Assembly (NCBI GenBank): GCA_030390025.1
Contig: CM059425.1
Span: 172,672,001-172,736,000, forward strand
Source of the DNA: Squalus acanthias
Lineage: Eukaryota
Direction of reading: 5' to 3'
Length of the DNA: 64,000 bases
The position numbers and the translations under genes were made by a program. Under the pieces are notes generated by a model. The model did no database searches and was not told the origin of the DNA. It saw only the letters and a program-made list of their open reading frames with translations. Shown piece by piece: positions 12,741 through 26,451 of the stretch (its first letter is position 1; every line of letters starts with the position of its first letter).

Positions 12741-12977
12741 TAAATATTTTTTAAAAATCTAACAATTGCCACATGTATATCTAATTACCAAGTGCAATAT
12801 TGTCTGCTGCTCTTGATTTGCAGAATATTCATAGTCACTTATAGCAACAACTTGCAAGGTGAGGTGCCATGGGTATTATTTCTATCATGAGTTGACTAAC
12901 CTGGAAAACTAAGGAGCAAAGTTAACGGATCTAAGACCAATGCCACAAGTAGGATAAATCATTTAACTCCTTGGGGA

Positions 12978-13893
12978 ACATAACATAAGAAATAGGAGCA
13001 GGATTAGGCCAATCGGCCCCTCGAGCCTGCCCCGCCATTCAATAAGATCATGGTTGATCTGATCTTGGCCTCAACGCCACTTTCCCGCCCGCTCCCCATA
13101 ACCCTTGACTCCCCTGTAGCTCAAATATATGTCTATCTCTGCCTTGAATATATTCCATGACTCCGCCTCCACAGCTCTCTGGGGTAGAGAATTCCAAAGA
13201 TTCACAACCCTCTGAGAGAAGAAATTCCTCCTCATCTCCGTTTTAAATGGGCGACCCTTATCCTGAACCTGTGCCCCCTAGTTCTAGATTCCCCCACGAG
13301 GAGAAACATCCTCCCTGCATCTACCCTGTTAAGCCCCCTCAGAATCTTATATGTTTCAATAAGATCCCCTCTCATTCTTCTAAACTCCAATGAGTATAGT
13401 CCCAACCTTTCTTCATAAGACAACCCCTTCATCTCAGGAATTAACCTACTGAACCTTCTCTGAACTGCCTCCAATGCAAGTATATCTCTCCTTAAATAAG
13501 GAGACCAAAACTGCACGCAGTACTCCAGGTGTGGTCTCACCAGTGCCCTGTACAGTTGTAGCAGGACTTCCCTACTTTTATACTCCATCCCCCTTGCAAT
13601 AAAGGCCAACATTCCATTTGCCTTCCTAATTACTTGCTGTACCTGCATGCTAACTTTTTGTGTTTCATGTACGAGGACCCCCAGATCCCTCTGTACTGCA
13701 GCATTCCGTAGTCTCTCTCCATTTAAATAATATTTTGCTTTTTTATTTTTCCTACCAAAGTGGATAACCTCACATTTTCCCACATTATACTCCATCTGCC
13801 AAATTTTTGCCCACTCACTTAACCTATCTATATCCCTTTGCAGACTCTGTGTCCTCCTCACAACTTGCTTTCCCACCTATCTTTGTATCATCA
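12978..13893 (-). mobile_element. CR1 (HER1-like) LINE, 5'-truncated
   Basis: ORF 13232-13876 (LQRDIDRLSEWAKIWQMEYNVGKC...LVRPHLEYCVQFWSP); 3' tail acataacataagaaatagg. Confidence 0.92.
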
Positions 13894-15727
13894 TTGGGAC
13901 CTCATTGTTATACCACGTTAGGTAAATAAAGTGATAGAAATTACATTTAGCTTTTAATTTGGATGGGCAAGTCACACATCAATGCTGGTACCAATGTGAA
14001 ACAAGCACCCCCACTACCCACCATACTTTTTATTTTTATTATCTTGCTCTTTTTCATATAAAATGCATTACTTCTCTTTGCCACCTACTCCAACTTAAAA
14101 GAAAAAAAAATAAACAGTTTACACTGCAATATGGTTAAAAGAAAGTATTTTCAGAAAGAGTCCCAAAAAGGAAAAAAAATCAGAAATAGAATTCAGAATT
14201 GTAGCTTACTGATCTATTGGTCAACATCCATTCATGACAATCATGCTTAAAACATTTCAAGCTTTGAGCCTCCTTTCCTCGATTACCCCCCAAAAACATT
14301 TAAAAATATACATTTTTGTATTTGGTTAAATTTCATGTTTCATGTAAAAAAAAACAATTGTTAATTTAAATCAACATCCAAATGATAATCTTGACGATTG
14401 AGCAAAACAAAGGGGCTGAAACACAAGGAACATTGATTTTCAAACATTTATCTCCTCCCCCATCAAATTTTTTGTCTTAAAATACTCCTGTGCAGAGTCT
14501 TGGAACGTTTTACTATGTTAAAGGCGCTATATAAGTACTTTGTTCCCTTAACAGTTTTTGACTGTTTTAATTAAGGCCTCGTTGAGTCATTATTGGCTTC
14601 CTGTGAATGCCAGCACCTGGTATTTTGACTTGCTTAACTGCCACCTGAATTGCAGAAAGTGCTGCTAGTACTTTTTCTTCTGTTTAACAAGTTGCTTGAT
14701 GAGCAGATCCATCTCACCTTTGAAAGCTATAATAAAAAGCACTGGTAGAGTTTGAATGGCATTCTTTCCATGCACCTAGGCCCAGTCCAGTAGACTTTGT
14801 CTCTTTTCAAGAAGTGCATAAAAAAGGAATCCTTCCATGCCTCGGGGAGATCCATCTGGGGTGCAGAGGGCTCAGTAATGCACAAGAAGTAATCCCTACA
14901 TCTACTTGACATCAATAATTTGTTGTTGGGACAGTGCTGTCGTTCATAGATTGACTTAGTGGGGAGGACAGGAATTGTATCCAATAATCCTCGAGCAGAA
15001 GTTTTTCTGTTTGGAAGAAGGATTGAGAAGTACAAAGTAGAGGAATATTCCTTAAATTTGAGATGTTTCCTTGATTATTAAGAGGGATCTAATCCTGAAC
15101 CAATTAGGTTCTTCCTGTTTCTTGGCACCTTTTTATAGCGTAACTTTTTTTGAGGAATGAGGATGACCGTCCTCACTGAAGCAAATCTGGCATTTCTATT
15201 GATGCAGTATTAATTTATTTTTACTGTAATAGATATGCATAACTATTATTTGTTACTATATATGTGCTATTATACAGTGTTGCCTTGTATATGTATGAGT
15301 AGAAATTGTATCCAAAAGATTTGAGTCTACTGAACTGAGACCACCTGTGATGCCGTTTTGATCTGTATGTCAAACTTGACTTGGCCATGTAATTGCGTAT
15401 AGTCTTGATGTTATATAATTAGAGATGGGGATATGGTAAGAATGCAGGTAGGTGGGTTGATACTTGGAAAAAGGACGTGCTTGTTGGGCTCAATGGCTTT
15501 TTCTTATTTTTAAGTGAGCCTCATGATATTTGTTAGAACTCTGAATTTTACTAACATAATTGCTAGAAAATACCAAATGTTAGCGATTTTAAACATATAA
15601 CCATTGTGTTAGGTATCTAAAGAAGTTAAACTTTTTGGTTTTATAGTAAGTTCAGGCATAATTCAGGGATGGCGAAGTCTGAACTGCTTTGTTTCCATTC
15701 AGTTCACAACATGCAAATAAATTAACA

Positions 15728-15860
15728 AAATGTAAAATACTGCAGATGCTAGAAATATGAAATGAACAGAAAATGCTGGATACACAGCAGGTCAGGTATT
15801 ATCTAAGGAGAGCAGAGGCATGTTAGCATTTCAGGTGTAGAGCCTTCATAGGTACTAGAA
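15728..15860 (-). mobile_element. Decayed Penelope pLTR fragment
   Basis: aaatactgcagatgctagaaat...gaaaatgctgga...cagcaggtcagg, homologous to 7087-7190. Confidence 0.6.
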
Positions 15861-16254
15861 AATATTATTGATAATCAGCATTTAAAAAGGAATAGAACAA
15901 AGGTGAAGGGGAATATATGCACATGCACTCACACAAAAGTAAGCTGAAGTAGAAACCAGCGATAAAGCATGCACTCTCACTCTGGCAATGGACAATAGTG
16001 CTGCAACCTTCTGCTCCACTGTGCTGCTTTGTTTTAAAATTATACTTCTCCTCTATCCAATCCCACTCAGCTAATAGTAGTCTTCTCTGTGCTGCAGATG
16101 ATAAAACAGAAGAATGGCCTTACAGATTTCTCCATATTTAAAAAATCAGATTCCTAATGTATGACCTATTTTCCTTTTTAAAAAAAAAAAAGAAAATCAT
16201 TGCAGTGGTGGCTCTATATTTTATTAGTTGTACATGAGTATTAAGTTCAAAACC

Positions 16255-17122
16255 TACATGGAGGACTGCAACAAATTACAGGAAGACATGAATAAACTTG
16301 CAGAATGGGCATATAATTGGCAAATGAAGTTCAACACAAATAAATGAGGTATTACATTTTGGTAGGAAGAATAGGGAGGTCACTTATTACTTGGAGGGTG
16401 TGAGTCTGGTTGGGGTAGAGGAGCAAAGGGATCTAGGAGTACAAATACACAAATCACTAAAAGTTGCGACACAGGTTAACAAGGCCATAAAAAAGCAAAC
16501 CAAGCACTAGCGCTTATTTCTTGAAGGATAGAATTGAAAAGGAGTTAAGTTATGCTAAACTTGTATTGAACCTTGGTTAGACCACACTTAGAGTACTGGT
16601 CACCATATTATAAAAAGGATATAGAGGCACTGGAGAGGGTGCAAATAAGATTTACAAGGATGATACCAGAAATGCGAGGGTACACATATCAGGAAAGGAT
16701 GAACAGGCTGGGTGTCTCTTTTCTCTTGAAAAAAGGCTGAGGGGTGACCTAATTGAGGTCTTTAAAATTATAAAAGGTTTTGATAGAGTGGATACAGAGA
16801 GAATGTTTCCACTTGTGGGGAAAAGCATAACTAGAGGCCATCAATATAAGATAGTCACCAAGAAATCAAGTAGGGAATTCAGAAGAAACTTCTTTACCCA
16901 GAGAGTGGTGAGAATGTGGAACTCGCTAACACAGGGAGTGGTTGAAGCAAATAGTAATGATGCATTTAAGGGAGGCTAGATAAGCATATAAGGGAGAAGG
17001 GAATAGAGGGTTATGCTGATAGATTTAGATGAGGAAAGACGGGAGGAGGCTCGAGTGGAGCATAAACGCCGGCATGAACTGATTGGGCCGAATGGCCTGT
17101 TTCTGTGCCATATATCCTATGT
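16255..17122 (+). mobile_element. CR1 LINE 3' portion, degenerate
   Basis: RMFPLVGKSITRGHQYKI...RNFFTQRVVRMWNSL; 3'UTR GGGCCGAATGGCCTGTTTCTGTGC. Confidence 0.88.
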
Positions 17123-17602
17123 AAATTCTGGACTTTTATTTCGAACCTTGCTGCTTTAATGATTTAACATGCATTACAATAATATTAAGCAATGCTAAAA
17201 TTTCAATGTACGAAATTTGACTTGTCACAAATATAATATGCTGTAGTCATACCAAATTCCTGTCAAAGTTAGCTCAGGAAAAGTTCTGGCTTTATATTGT
17301 TTCATGCAACAAAAAAATTAACTGCTTCAAAAGCAACTTCCCTTTTGATTTTAATTGTCAGCCCTTTTCCATCGACAGTAAACAGGGGTAGAGATGTTGC
17401 TTAAAAACAGCAGGTTCTGGTGCAGACTTTACTGTCAATCATTAAAAAATTGTCTGAGTGAAGGCACAAATGTATGCTGGAAACTCTATCTTTCTACTTT
17501 ATTGAGTACTCTCAATGGGGTCCCTCAGGAGCTTTTGAGAATGATACTGAACTTCAACGAAAATGTTGTCTGAAGCATTACGAACACCGAAAGTACTAGA
17601 AG

Positions 17603-18025
17603 AACATAAGAAATAGGAGTAGGAGTAGGCCATATGGCTCCTCGAGCCTGCTCCGACATTCACTAAGATCATGGCTGATCTTCGACCTCAACTCCACTTT
17701 CCCGCCCGATCCCCATAACCCTTAATTCCCCATGTATCCAAAAATCTATCGATCTGAGGCTTGAATATACTCAACGACTGAGCATCCACAGCCCTCTTGG
17801 GGTAGAGAATTCCAAAGATTCACAACCCTCTGAGTGAAGAAATCCCTCCTCATCTCAGTCCTAAGTGGCCAGCCCTTTATCCTGAGATACAATGCCCCCT
17901 AGTTCTAGACTCTCCAGCCAAGGGAAACAATCTCTCCGCATCTACCCTGTCAAGCCCTCTCAGAATCCTATATGTTTCAATGAGATCACCTCTCATTCTT
18001 CTAAACCCCGGAGAGTACAGGCCCA
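17603..18025 (-). mobile_element. CR1 LINE 3' fragment
   Basis: Tail aacataagaaatagg; FRRMRGDLIETYRILRGLDRVDAERLFP on the minus strand. Confidence 0.88.
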
Positions 18026-18086
18026 CTTTACAGAATTCTATAAAAATGGTAAGTTTAATAATCTTGTAAATTTTGTAATTTTTAAT

Positions 18087-18654
18087 GGCCCGTATTTTCC
18101 GATCGGAGGCTTCCTGCATGCGGAGGCCTCCGATTTGGAAAAAATCTACGCCCTTACCTGAGGGCTCCAGAGGTCCGGCCATTTCCAATCCTGGGCCTCT
18201 CCACGACGAAATGTGCAGGGCCCAGGTATCCCAGGGGCACACGCGGTTCGCAAGCGTCCCTGGGATCACGTGGGCTGGGGGAACAGGTAGACCTGTCAAA
18301 AGTATGAATGGAGATCACTGAAAAAACACATCAAAACATTAAATATATATTTTTTTAAAACTTCACTTTTTAAAATGAGTTAAAATTACATGAACTTAAA
18401 TATTTTAAACAAAAGGTGTAAGATTTTTAAGGGATTTCAGCGGGCGGAGGTTCTGGAGAAAGCGGAACTCTCCACCCGCAGAGGCCCTTCTCCAGGGCAG
18501 GCGTCCGATCTGTCAAGAGGATTCTTGACAGATCGGAAATGCCGGTTTTCAGCGCATGCGCTTTGCATGCCTGAAACTGGCACTTGCACTTGCGAGGTCC
18601 CTACGGGTGTGTACACAGCTCGTACACACCCGTAGGGATCGGAAATTACGGGCC
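18087..18654. mobile_element. PIF/Harbinger-type MITE
   Basis: 3-bp TSD AAT/AAT; 18-bp TIR GGCCCGTAWTTTCCGATC with one mismatch. Homologous to 54898-58101. Confidence 0.85.
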
Positions 18655-18879
18655 AATATTTTTATTATGTTAGAAACATTATTTCCAATAGCAAATCTTC
18701 AGCCAAGTAGAGAAAGCAAGATGACAGCTAAAAGGATTTACAAAAATAATTGGTTTGCCATTTTTATTGGCAGGTTTATTGTCAAAAAAATCTAATTACT
18801 TTAACTGCATCAAATAATGGCTTCTTTATTAGTTGTCAGCCCTTGTCCATTGACTGAAAGCAGTAGAGGAGATGCAAGC

Positions 18880-19940
18880 ACTATCAGGTCTTGCTCTTCT
18901 CTGCCAAATCCACTTGCTACTCCAGGATCATCCTGGAAAGCAAAGATAACCTGTGGCTTATTTTCTCCACCACCAACTGTCTCATTAAATCCCTCTCCCC
19001 TGCCCCCTCCGCTCTCACTTCCAACAACATTTGTGAGCAGCTCATGGACTTGTTTGCTATTAAGATTGAGGCCATCCATTCAGCTGCCTGTGGCATATCT
19101 TCCCCCTTCCCCTCAGAACTTGCATTTATATAATGTCTTTAATGTAGGGAAGATGTCCCAGGATGCTTCACAGGAGTGTCAGAAGACAAAGATTGACACT
19201 GAACCAAAGAAGGAGAAGTTAGAACAAGTAACTAAAAGCTTGGTGAAAGAGGTAATTTTTAAAAAGGGTCTTAAAGGAGGAGATAGGTGGAGAGACAGAG
19301 AGGTTTAGGGAGGGAATTCCAGAGGTTGGGGCCGAGACGGCTGCCAATGGTAGGGCAATGAGAGTTTGGGATATGTTAGAGTTCAGAGTTGGAATGCAGT
19401 GTTCTTGGAGGGTTGTAGGACTGGAGGAGGTTTCAAAGATAGGAAGGGATGAGGCCATGGATAGATTTGAGCTCGAGGATGAGAATTTTAAAATTGAGGC
19501 ATTGGTGAACCAGGAGCCAATGTAGCACAGCGTTGATGGGTGAGTGGGACTTGGTGTGGGTTAGAATACGGGCAACTCCAGATTATGGAGGGTGGAAGAT
19601 GTGAGGGTGGCCAGGAGAGCATTGGAATAGTCGTGTCTGGAGGTAACAAAAGCATGGATGAGGGTTTCAGCAGCAGATGGGCAGAGACAAGCGATGTTTC
19701 AGAGTTGGAAGGAGGCCTCCCTTTTCTCTTAAAGTCCTTGAGTGTAGTTGCCTCCCTGAATGTGTAGTTGCCTCCCATGTTTGAATCTCCCTAGCAGGTT
19801 TTTGTCACTGAAACAGCCCTAATCAGAATCACAAATGACATCCTCTGTGACTGTGACCATGGTGCACTATTCCTTCTGATCTCTCTGCAGCCTTTGACAC
19901 GATGGATCACACCATCCTCCTCCATTGCCTCTTCTCCATG
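18880..19940. mobile_element. Mosaic of decayed L2 fragments (+, -, +)
   Basis: 18891-19133 matches 470-660; ~19115-19720 is an inverted L2 3' end (FKTLFKNYLFHQAF); 19780-19935 matches 1035-1215. Confidence 0.75.
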
Positions 19941-20500
19941 ATAGAATCATAGGATGATGCTGCACAGAAGGAGACCATTCGGACCATCGTGCCTGTGCCG
20001 GCTCTTTGGTAGAGCTATCCAATTAATCCCACTCCCCTGCTCTTCCCCCATAGCCCTGTAAATTTTTCCCTTCAAGTATTTATCCAAGTCTCTTTTGAAT
20101 GTTACTATTGAATCTGCTTCCACCACCCTCTCAGGCAGTGCTATCCAGATCACAACAACTTGCTGTGTAAAAATACTTATGTTGCCTCTGGTTCTTTTGC
20201 CAGTCACCTTAAATCTGTGTCCTCTGGTTACCGACCCTTCTACCACTGAAAACAGTTTAGGAACATAGGAACTGGAGTAGGCCATTTAGCGCCTCGAGCC
20301 TGTTCCATCATTCAGTGAGATCATGGCTGATCTGTGACCTAACTCCATATCCCTTTGCCCCATATCCCTAATACCTTTGGTTAACAAAAATCTATCAATC
20401 TCAGATTTAAAATGAATAATTGACCAAGCATCAATTACCGTTTGCGGAAGAGAGTTCCAAACTTCTACTACCCTTTGCATGTAGAAGTGTTTCCTAACCA
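19941..20500 (-). mobile_element. Two CR1 3' fragments
   Basis: TRGHRFKVTGKR...ALPERVVEADS and HFYMQRVVEVWNSLPQ, each with its own 3'UTR. Confidence 0.82.
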
Positions 20501-20504
20501 CAAT

Positions 20505-21789
20505 CTGTAACGTCATGGCCCGGCATATTCCTCACACTACCATTACCATCAAGCCAGGGGACCAATGCTGGTTCAATGAGGAGTATAGAAGAGCATGCTT
20601 GGAGCAGCACCAGGCGTACCTAAAAATGAGGTGCCAACCTGGTGAAGCTACAACACAGGACTATATGCATGCTAAACAGCAGAAGCAGCATGCTATAGAC
20701 ACAGCTAAGCGATCCCGCAACCGACAGATCAGATCAAAGCTCTGCAGTCCTGCCACATCCAGTCGTCAATGGTGGTGGACAATTGAACAACTAACGGAAG
20801 GAGGAGGCTCCATGAACATCCCCATCCTTAATGATGGCGGAGCCCAGCACGTGAGTGCAAAAGACAAGGCTGAAGCGTTTGCAACCATCTTCAGCCACAA
20901 GTGCTGAGTGGATGATCCATCTCCGCCTCCTCTTGAGGTCTCCACCAATACAGAAGCCAGTCTTCAGCTATTTTGATTCACTCCACGCGATATCAAGAAC
21001 CGGCTGAGCGCACTGGATACAGCAAAGGCTATGAGCCCTGACAGCATCCTGGCTGCAGTGCTAAAAACTTGTGCTCCAGATCTAGCCGTGCCTCGAGCCA
21101 AGCTGTTCCAGTACAGCTACAACAGTGACATCTACCCGATAAAGTGGAAAATTGCCCAGGTATGTCCTGTCCACAAAAAGCAGGACAAATCCAATCGGCC
21201 AATTACTGCCCAATCAGTCTACTGGCAGTCATCAGCAAAGTGATGGAAGGTGTCGTCGACAGTGCTATCAAGTGGCACTTACTCACCAATAACCTGCTCA
21301 CCTATGCTCAGTTTGGATTCCGCCAGGATCACTCGGCTCCAGATATAATTACAGATTTGGTCCAAACGTGGACAAAAGAGCTGAATTCCAGAGGTGAGGT
21401 GAGAGTGTCTGCTCTTGACATCAAGGCAGTATTTGACCGAGTGTGGCATCAAGGAGCCCTAGTAAAATCTGTGGCGAGTGATTCACCTTCTGACTCCCCA
21501 AAGCATTTCCACTATCTTCAAGGCACAAGTCAGGAGTGTGATGGAATACTCTCCACTTGCCTGGATTAGTGCAGCTTCATCAACACGCAAGAAGCTCGAC
21601 ACCATCCAGGACAAAGCAGCTGCTTGATTGGCACCCCATCCACCACCTTGAAACATTCACTCCCTCTGCCACCGGCGCATCCTGTCTGCCATGTGTACCA
21701 TCTACAAGATGTACTGCAGCAACTCGCTAAGGCTTTTTCAAAAGCACCTCCCAACCTGCGACCTCTACCACCGAGAAGGACAAGGGCAC
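20505..21789 (+). mobile_element. Divergent CR1-group LINE (second lineage), internally deleted RT region
   Basis: LKTCAPDLAVP...WKIAQVCPVHKKQDKS, NYCPISLL, QFGFRQDHSAPD, ALDIKAVFDRVWHQG. Confidence 0.82.
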
Positions 21790-24700
21790 GGAGTGGAGCT
21801 ATAGTAGGGGGTGATGCACAGCTAAATATAGAGGAAAAAACAAGTCAGCCTGGAAGGCAGAGCAAATATGTAATGGCACAAGGGAGTATGGCAAGGCTGG
21901 ATGGCATTTATTTTAATGCAAGGAGTCTTGCGAGTAAGGCAGATGAATTGAAGGTGTTGATGAACACATGGGAGTATGATATTGTTGCTATCACAGAGAC
22001 ATGGTTGAGGGAGGGGCAGGACTGGCAGCTCAATATTCCGGGGTATAGAATCTTCAGGTGAGACAGAGGGGGGTGTAAAAGAGGGGGTGTCGCAATATTA
22101 ATCAAGGAGTCAATTACTGCTGTAAGGAGGGATGATATCTTGGCAGGTTCCTCTAATGAGGCCATATGGGTAGAACTTAAAAATAAAAAGGGGGCAAGCA
22201 CTTTGCTGGGAGTGTACTATAGGCCCCCAAACAGTCAGGGGGAGATAGAGGAACAGATATGTAGGCAAATCTCAGAGAAGTGTAGAAATAATAGGGTAAT
22301 AATAGTAGGGGATTTCAACTTCCCCAATATTAACTGGGATAGTCAGAGTGTGAAAGGCTTAGAGGGTGCGGAATTCTTAAAATGCATCCAGGCGAGCTTT
22401 TTGAGCCAGCATGTAGAAAGTCCTACAAGAGAGGGGGCGGTACTGGACCTAATTCTAGGGAATGTAGCCGGGCAGGTGGTAGAAGTGTCAGTAGGAGAGC
22501 ATTTTGGTGACGGTGACCATAATTCAGTGAGATTTATGGTAGTCATGGAAAAGGACAAAGATGGACCGGAAATAAAGGTTCTAAATTGGGGGAAGGCCAA
22601 TTTTAATATGATAAGGCAGGATCTGGCCAAAGTGGACTGGGATCAGCTACTTGTAGGAAAATCCCCATCAGAGCAGTGGGAATCTTTCAGAAAGGAAATA
22701 GAGAGAGTACAACGCCAACATGTTCCCGTAAAGGTCAATGGTGGGACCAACAAGCCTAGGGAACCCTGGATGTCAAGGGATATACAAGAATGGATTAGGA
22801 AAAAAAGGGAGGCTTTTGGCATATACAAAGGACTAAAAACAGTGGAAGCCCTAGAGGAGTATAGAAAGTGCAGGGGGGTACTTAAAAAAAATAAATTAGG
22901 AGAGCGAAGAGGGGGCATGAAAAAACACTGGCAGGCAAAATAAAGGAAAATCCCAAGGTGTTTTATAAGTATATTAAGGGCAAGAGGATAACCAGGGAAA
23001 GAGTAGGGCCCATTAGGGACCAAAGTGGCAATCTGTGTGTAGAGCCAGAAGATGTGGGTGAGGTTTTAAATGAATATTTTGCATCTGTGTTCACTATGGA
23101 GAAGGGCGATGTATGCATAGAAATCAGGCAGGGGGATTGTGATATACTTGAATTAGTATCGAGAGGGAGGAGGTACTAGCGGTTTTAGCGGGCTTAAAAG
23201 TGGATAAATCCCCAGGCCCAGACGAGATGTATCCCAGGCTGCTGTGTGAGGCAAGGGAGGAGATTGCAGGGGCTCTGACACAAATTTTCAGAACCTCTCT
23301 GGCCACAGGGGAGGTGCCAGAGGACTGGAGAACAGCTAACGTAGTAGCATTATTCAAGAAGGGTAGTTGGGATAAACCAGGGAATTACAGGCCAGTGAGC
23401 CTAACATCAGTGGTAGGGAAATTATTGGAAAAAATTCTGAGGGACAGAATTAGTCTCCACTTGGCAAGGCAAGGATTAATCAAGGATAGTCAGCATGGCT
23501 TTGTCAGGGGGAGATCATGCCTAACCAATTTGATTGAATTTTGAGAGGGGGTGACTAGGTGTGTGGATGAGGGTAGTGCAGTTGATGTGGTCTACATGGA
23601 CTTCAGTAAGGCTTTTGACAAAGTCCCACATGGGAGACTGGTCAAGAAGGTAAGAGCCCATGGGATCCAGGGCAATTTGGCACATTCGATACAAAATTGG
23701 CTTCGTGGCAGGAGGCAGAGGGTGATGGTCGAAGGTTGTTTTTGTGACTGGAAGCCTATGTCCAGTGGTGTACTGCAGGGATTGGTGCTGGGTCCTTTGC
23801 TGTTTGTAGTGTACATTAATGATTTAGATATGAATGTAGGAGGTATGATCAGTAAGTTCGCAGATGACACGAAAATTGGTGGGGTGGTAAATAGCGAGGA
23901 GGGAAGCCTCAGGCTACAGGATGATATAGATGGGTTGGTCAGATGGGCAGAACAGTGTCAAATGGAATTTAACCCTGAAAAGTATGAGGTGATGCATCTT
24001 GGGAGGACTAACAAGGCAAGGGAATACACAATGAATGGTAGGATCCTAGGAAGGACAGAGGATCAGATGGACCTCGGTGTGCATGTACAATTTGTTCATC
24101 CCTGTTTGGCATAAAAATAAAACAAAAAAGGTGACTCAACCGTGTCTAACAAGGGAAATTAGGGATAGCATAAGATCCAAGGAGAGGACATATAAATTGA
24201 CCAGAAAAAGCAGCAAACCTGAGGATTGGGAGCAGTTTAGGATTCAGCAAAGGAGGACAAAGGAATTAATTAAGAGGGGGAAAATAGAGTATGAGAGTAA
24301 GCTTGCAAGGAACATAAAAACTGACTGTAAAAGCTTCTATAGATATGTGAAGAGAAAAAGATTGGTGAAGTCAAGCGTAGGTCCCTTGCAGTCAGAATCA
24401 GGGGAATTTATAATGGGAAACAAAGAAATGGCAGACCAATTAAATACATACTTTGGTTCTGACTTCACAAAGGAGGACACAAATAACCTCCCAGAGATGT
24501 CGGGGAACATAGGGTCTAATGAGAGGGAGGACCTGAATGAAATCAGTATTTGTAGGGAAATGGTGTAAGGGAATTGACGGGATTGAAGGCCGATAAATCC
24601 CCAGGGCCTGATAATCTACATCCGAGGATACTTAAGGAAGTGGCGCTAGAAATAGTAGATGCATTGCTCATGATCTTCCAAAATTCTATAGACTCTGGAA

Positions 24701-24959
24701 CAGTTCCCATGGATTGGAGGGTAGCTAATGTAACCCCACTATTTAAAAAAAGGTGGTAGAGAGAAAACGAGGGAATTATAGACTGGTAAGCCTGACATCG
24801 GTAGTGGGGAAAATGCTAGAGTCCATTATAAAAGATGTAATAGCAGAGCACTTGGAAAACAGTTACTGGATCGGACAAAGTCAACATGGATTTACAAAAG
24901 GTAAATCATACTTGACTAATCTACTGGAATTTTTTGAGGATGTAACTGGTAGAATAGAT

Positions 24960-25197
24960 AAGGGAGCACCAGTGGATGTGGTGTATTTGGACTTTCAGAA
25001 GGCTTTCGATAAGGTCCCGCATAAGAGATTAGCGTGTAAAGTTAAAGCACACAGGATTGGGGGTAAGGTATTGTCTTGGATAGAGAATTGGTTGGCAGAC
25101 AGGAAGCAAAGAGTTGGAATAAACAGGTCTTTTTCCGAGTGGCAGGCAGTGACTAGTGGGGTACCGCTAGAACCCCAGCTATTCACAATATATATAT
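24960..25197 (+). repeat. Left copy of a ~240-bp direct repeat flanking the RTE (right copy ~26450-26696)
   Basis: The CR1 segment AAGGGAG(C/A)ACCAGTGGATGTGG...TATTCACAATATATAT occurs immediately before and immediately after the RTE. Confidence 0.9.
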
Positions 25198-26451
25198 ACT
25201 GCTCCACGACGACATGCAAGCCGTGATCCTGACCAACGGTTCCACCACAGACCCAATTCACGTACGAACCGGGGTCAAGCAAGGCTGTGTCATCGCACCA
25301 ACGCTCTTCTCGATCTTCCTTGCTGCAATGCTCCATCTCGCCCTCAGTAAGCTCCCCGCTGGAGTGGAGCTAATTTACAGAACAAACGGGAAACTGTTCA
25401 ACCTCCGTCGCCTCCAGTCCAGATCCAAGGTCGTCCCATCCTCTGTCGTCGAATTACAGTATGCAGACGACGCTTGCGTCTGCACTCACTCAGAGGTCGA
25501 ATTCCAAACCATCGTCAACACCTTCACCGAAGCGTACGAGAGCATGGGCCTTACACTAAACATCCATAAGACAAAGGTCCTCTACCAACCTGCCCCCTCC
25601 ACACAGTACTGCCCCCCGATTATCAAAATCCACGACAAGGCCTTTGACAACGTGGACCACTTTCCATATGTCGGGAGCCTACTGTCAACAAGGGCAGACG
25701 TCGACGACAAAGTCCAACACCGCCTTCAGTGTGCGAGTGCAGCCTTCGGTTGCCTGAGGAAGAGAGTGTTTGTAGACCAGGACCTCAAACCCGGCACTAA
25801 GCTCATGGTCTACAGAGCAGCAGTGATACCCACCCTGCTGTATGCCTCAGAGACATGGACCATGTACAGCAGGCACCTCAAAGCACTGGAGAGGTACCAC
25901 CAACGCTGCCTCCGCAAGATCCTGCAAATCCATTGGCAGGATAGGCGCACCAACGTCCGTGTTCTTGCTCAGGCCAACATCCCCAACATCGAAGCTTTGA
26001 CCATGCTCGATCAGCTCCGATGGACGCGTCCAATTGTCTGCATGCCCGATACGAGTCTCCCAAAACAAGCGCTCTACTCGGAGCTCCAGCACGGCAAGAG
26101 AGCCCCAGGTGGGCAGAGGAAACGCTTCAAGGACACCCTCAAAGCCTCCTTGAAAAAGTGTAACATCCCCACCGACACCTGGGAATCCCTGGCCCAAGAC
26201 CGCACAAAGTGGAGGAGAAGCATCTGGGAAGGCGCCGAACACCTCGAGTCTCTTCGCCGGGAGCAAGCAGAAGCCAAGCGCAAGGAGCGCACGTCAACCC
26301 AAGCGCCCCACCCACCTGCCCCTTCAACCACCGTCTGCCCCACCTGTGACAGAGACTGTAGGTCCCACATTGGACTCATCAGTCACCTGCGAACTCATTT
26401 TTAATGTGGAAGCAAGTCATCCTCGGTTCCGAGGGACTGCCTAAGAAGAAG
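25198..26451 (+). mobile_element. RTE-clade (BovB-like) LINE, 5'-truncated, with an uninterrupted 396-aa RT/C-terminal ORF (25214-26404)
   Basis: GVKQGCVIAPTLF, LQYADD, LLYASETWT, LRKILQIHWQDR, GGQRKRFKDTLK, terminal CPTC-x12-HLRTH zinc finger; (AAG)n tail. Confidence 0.93.

Noticed and set aside
21624..22061. 145-aa ORF as a novel gene
   Set aside because: Chimera spanning the junction of two unrelated LINE fragments.
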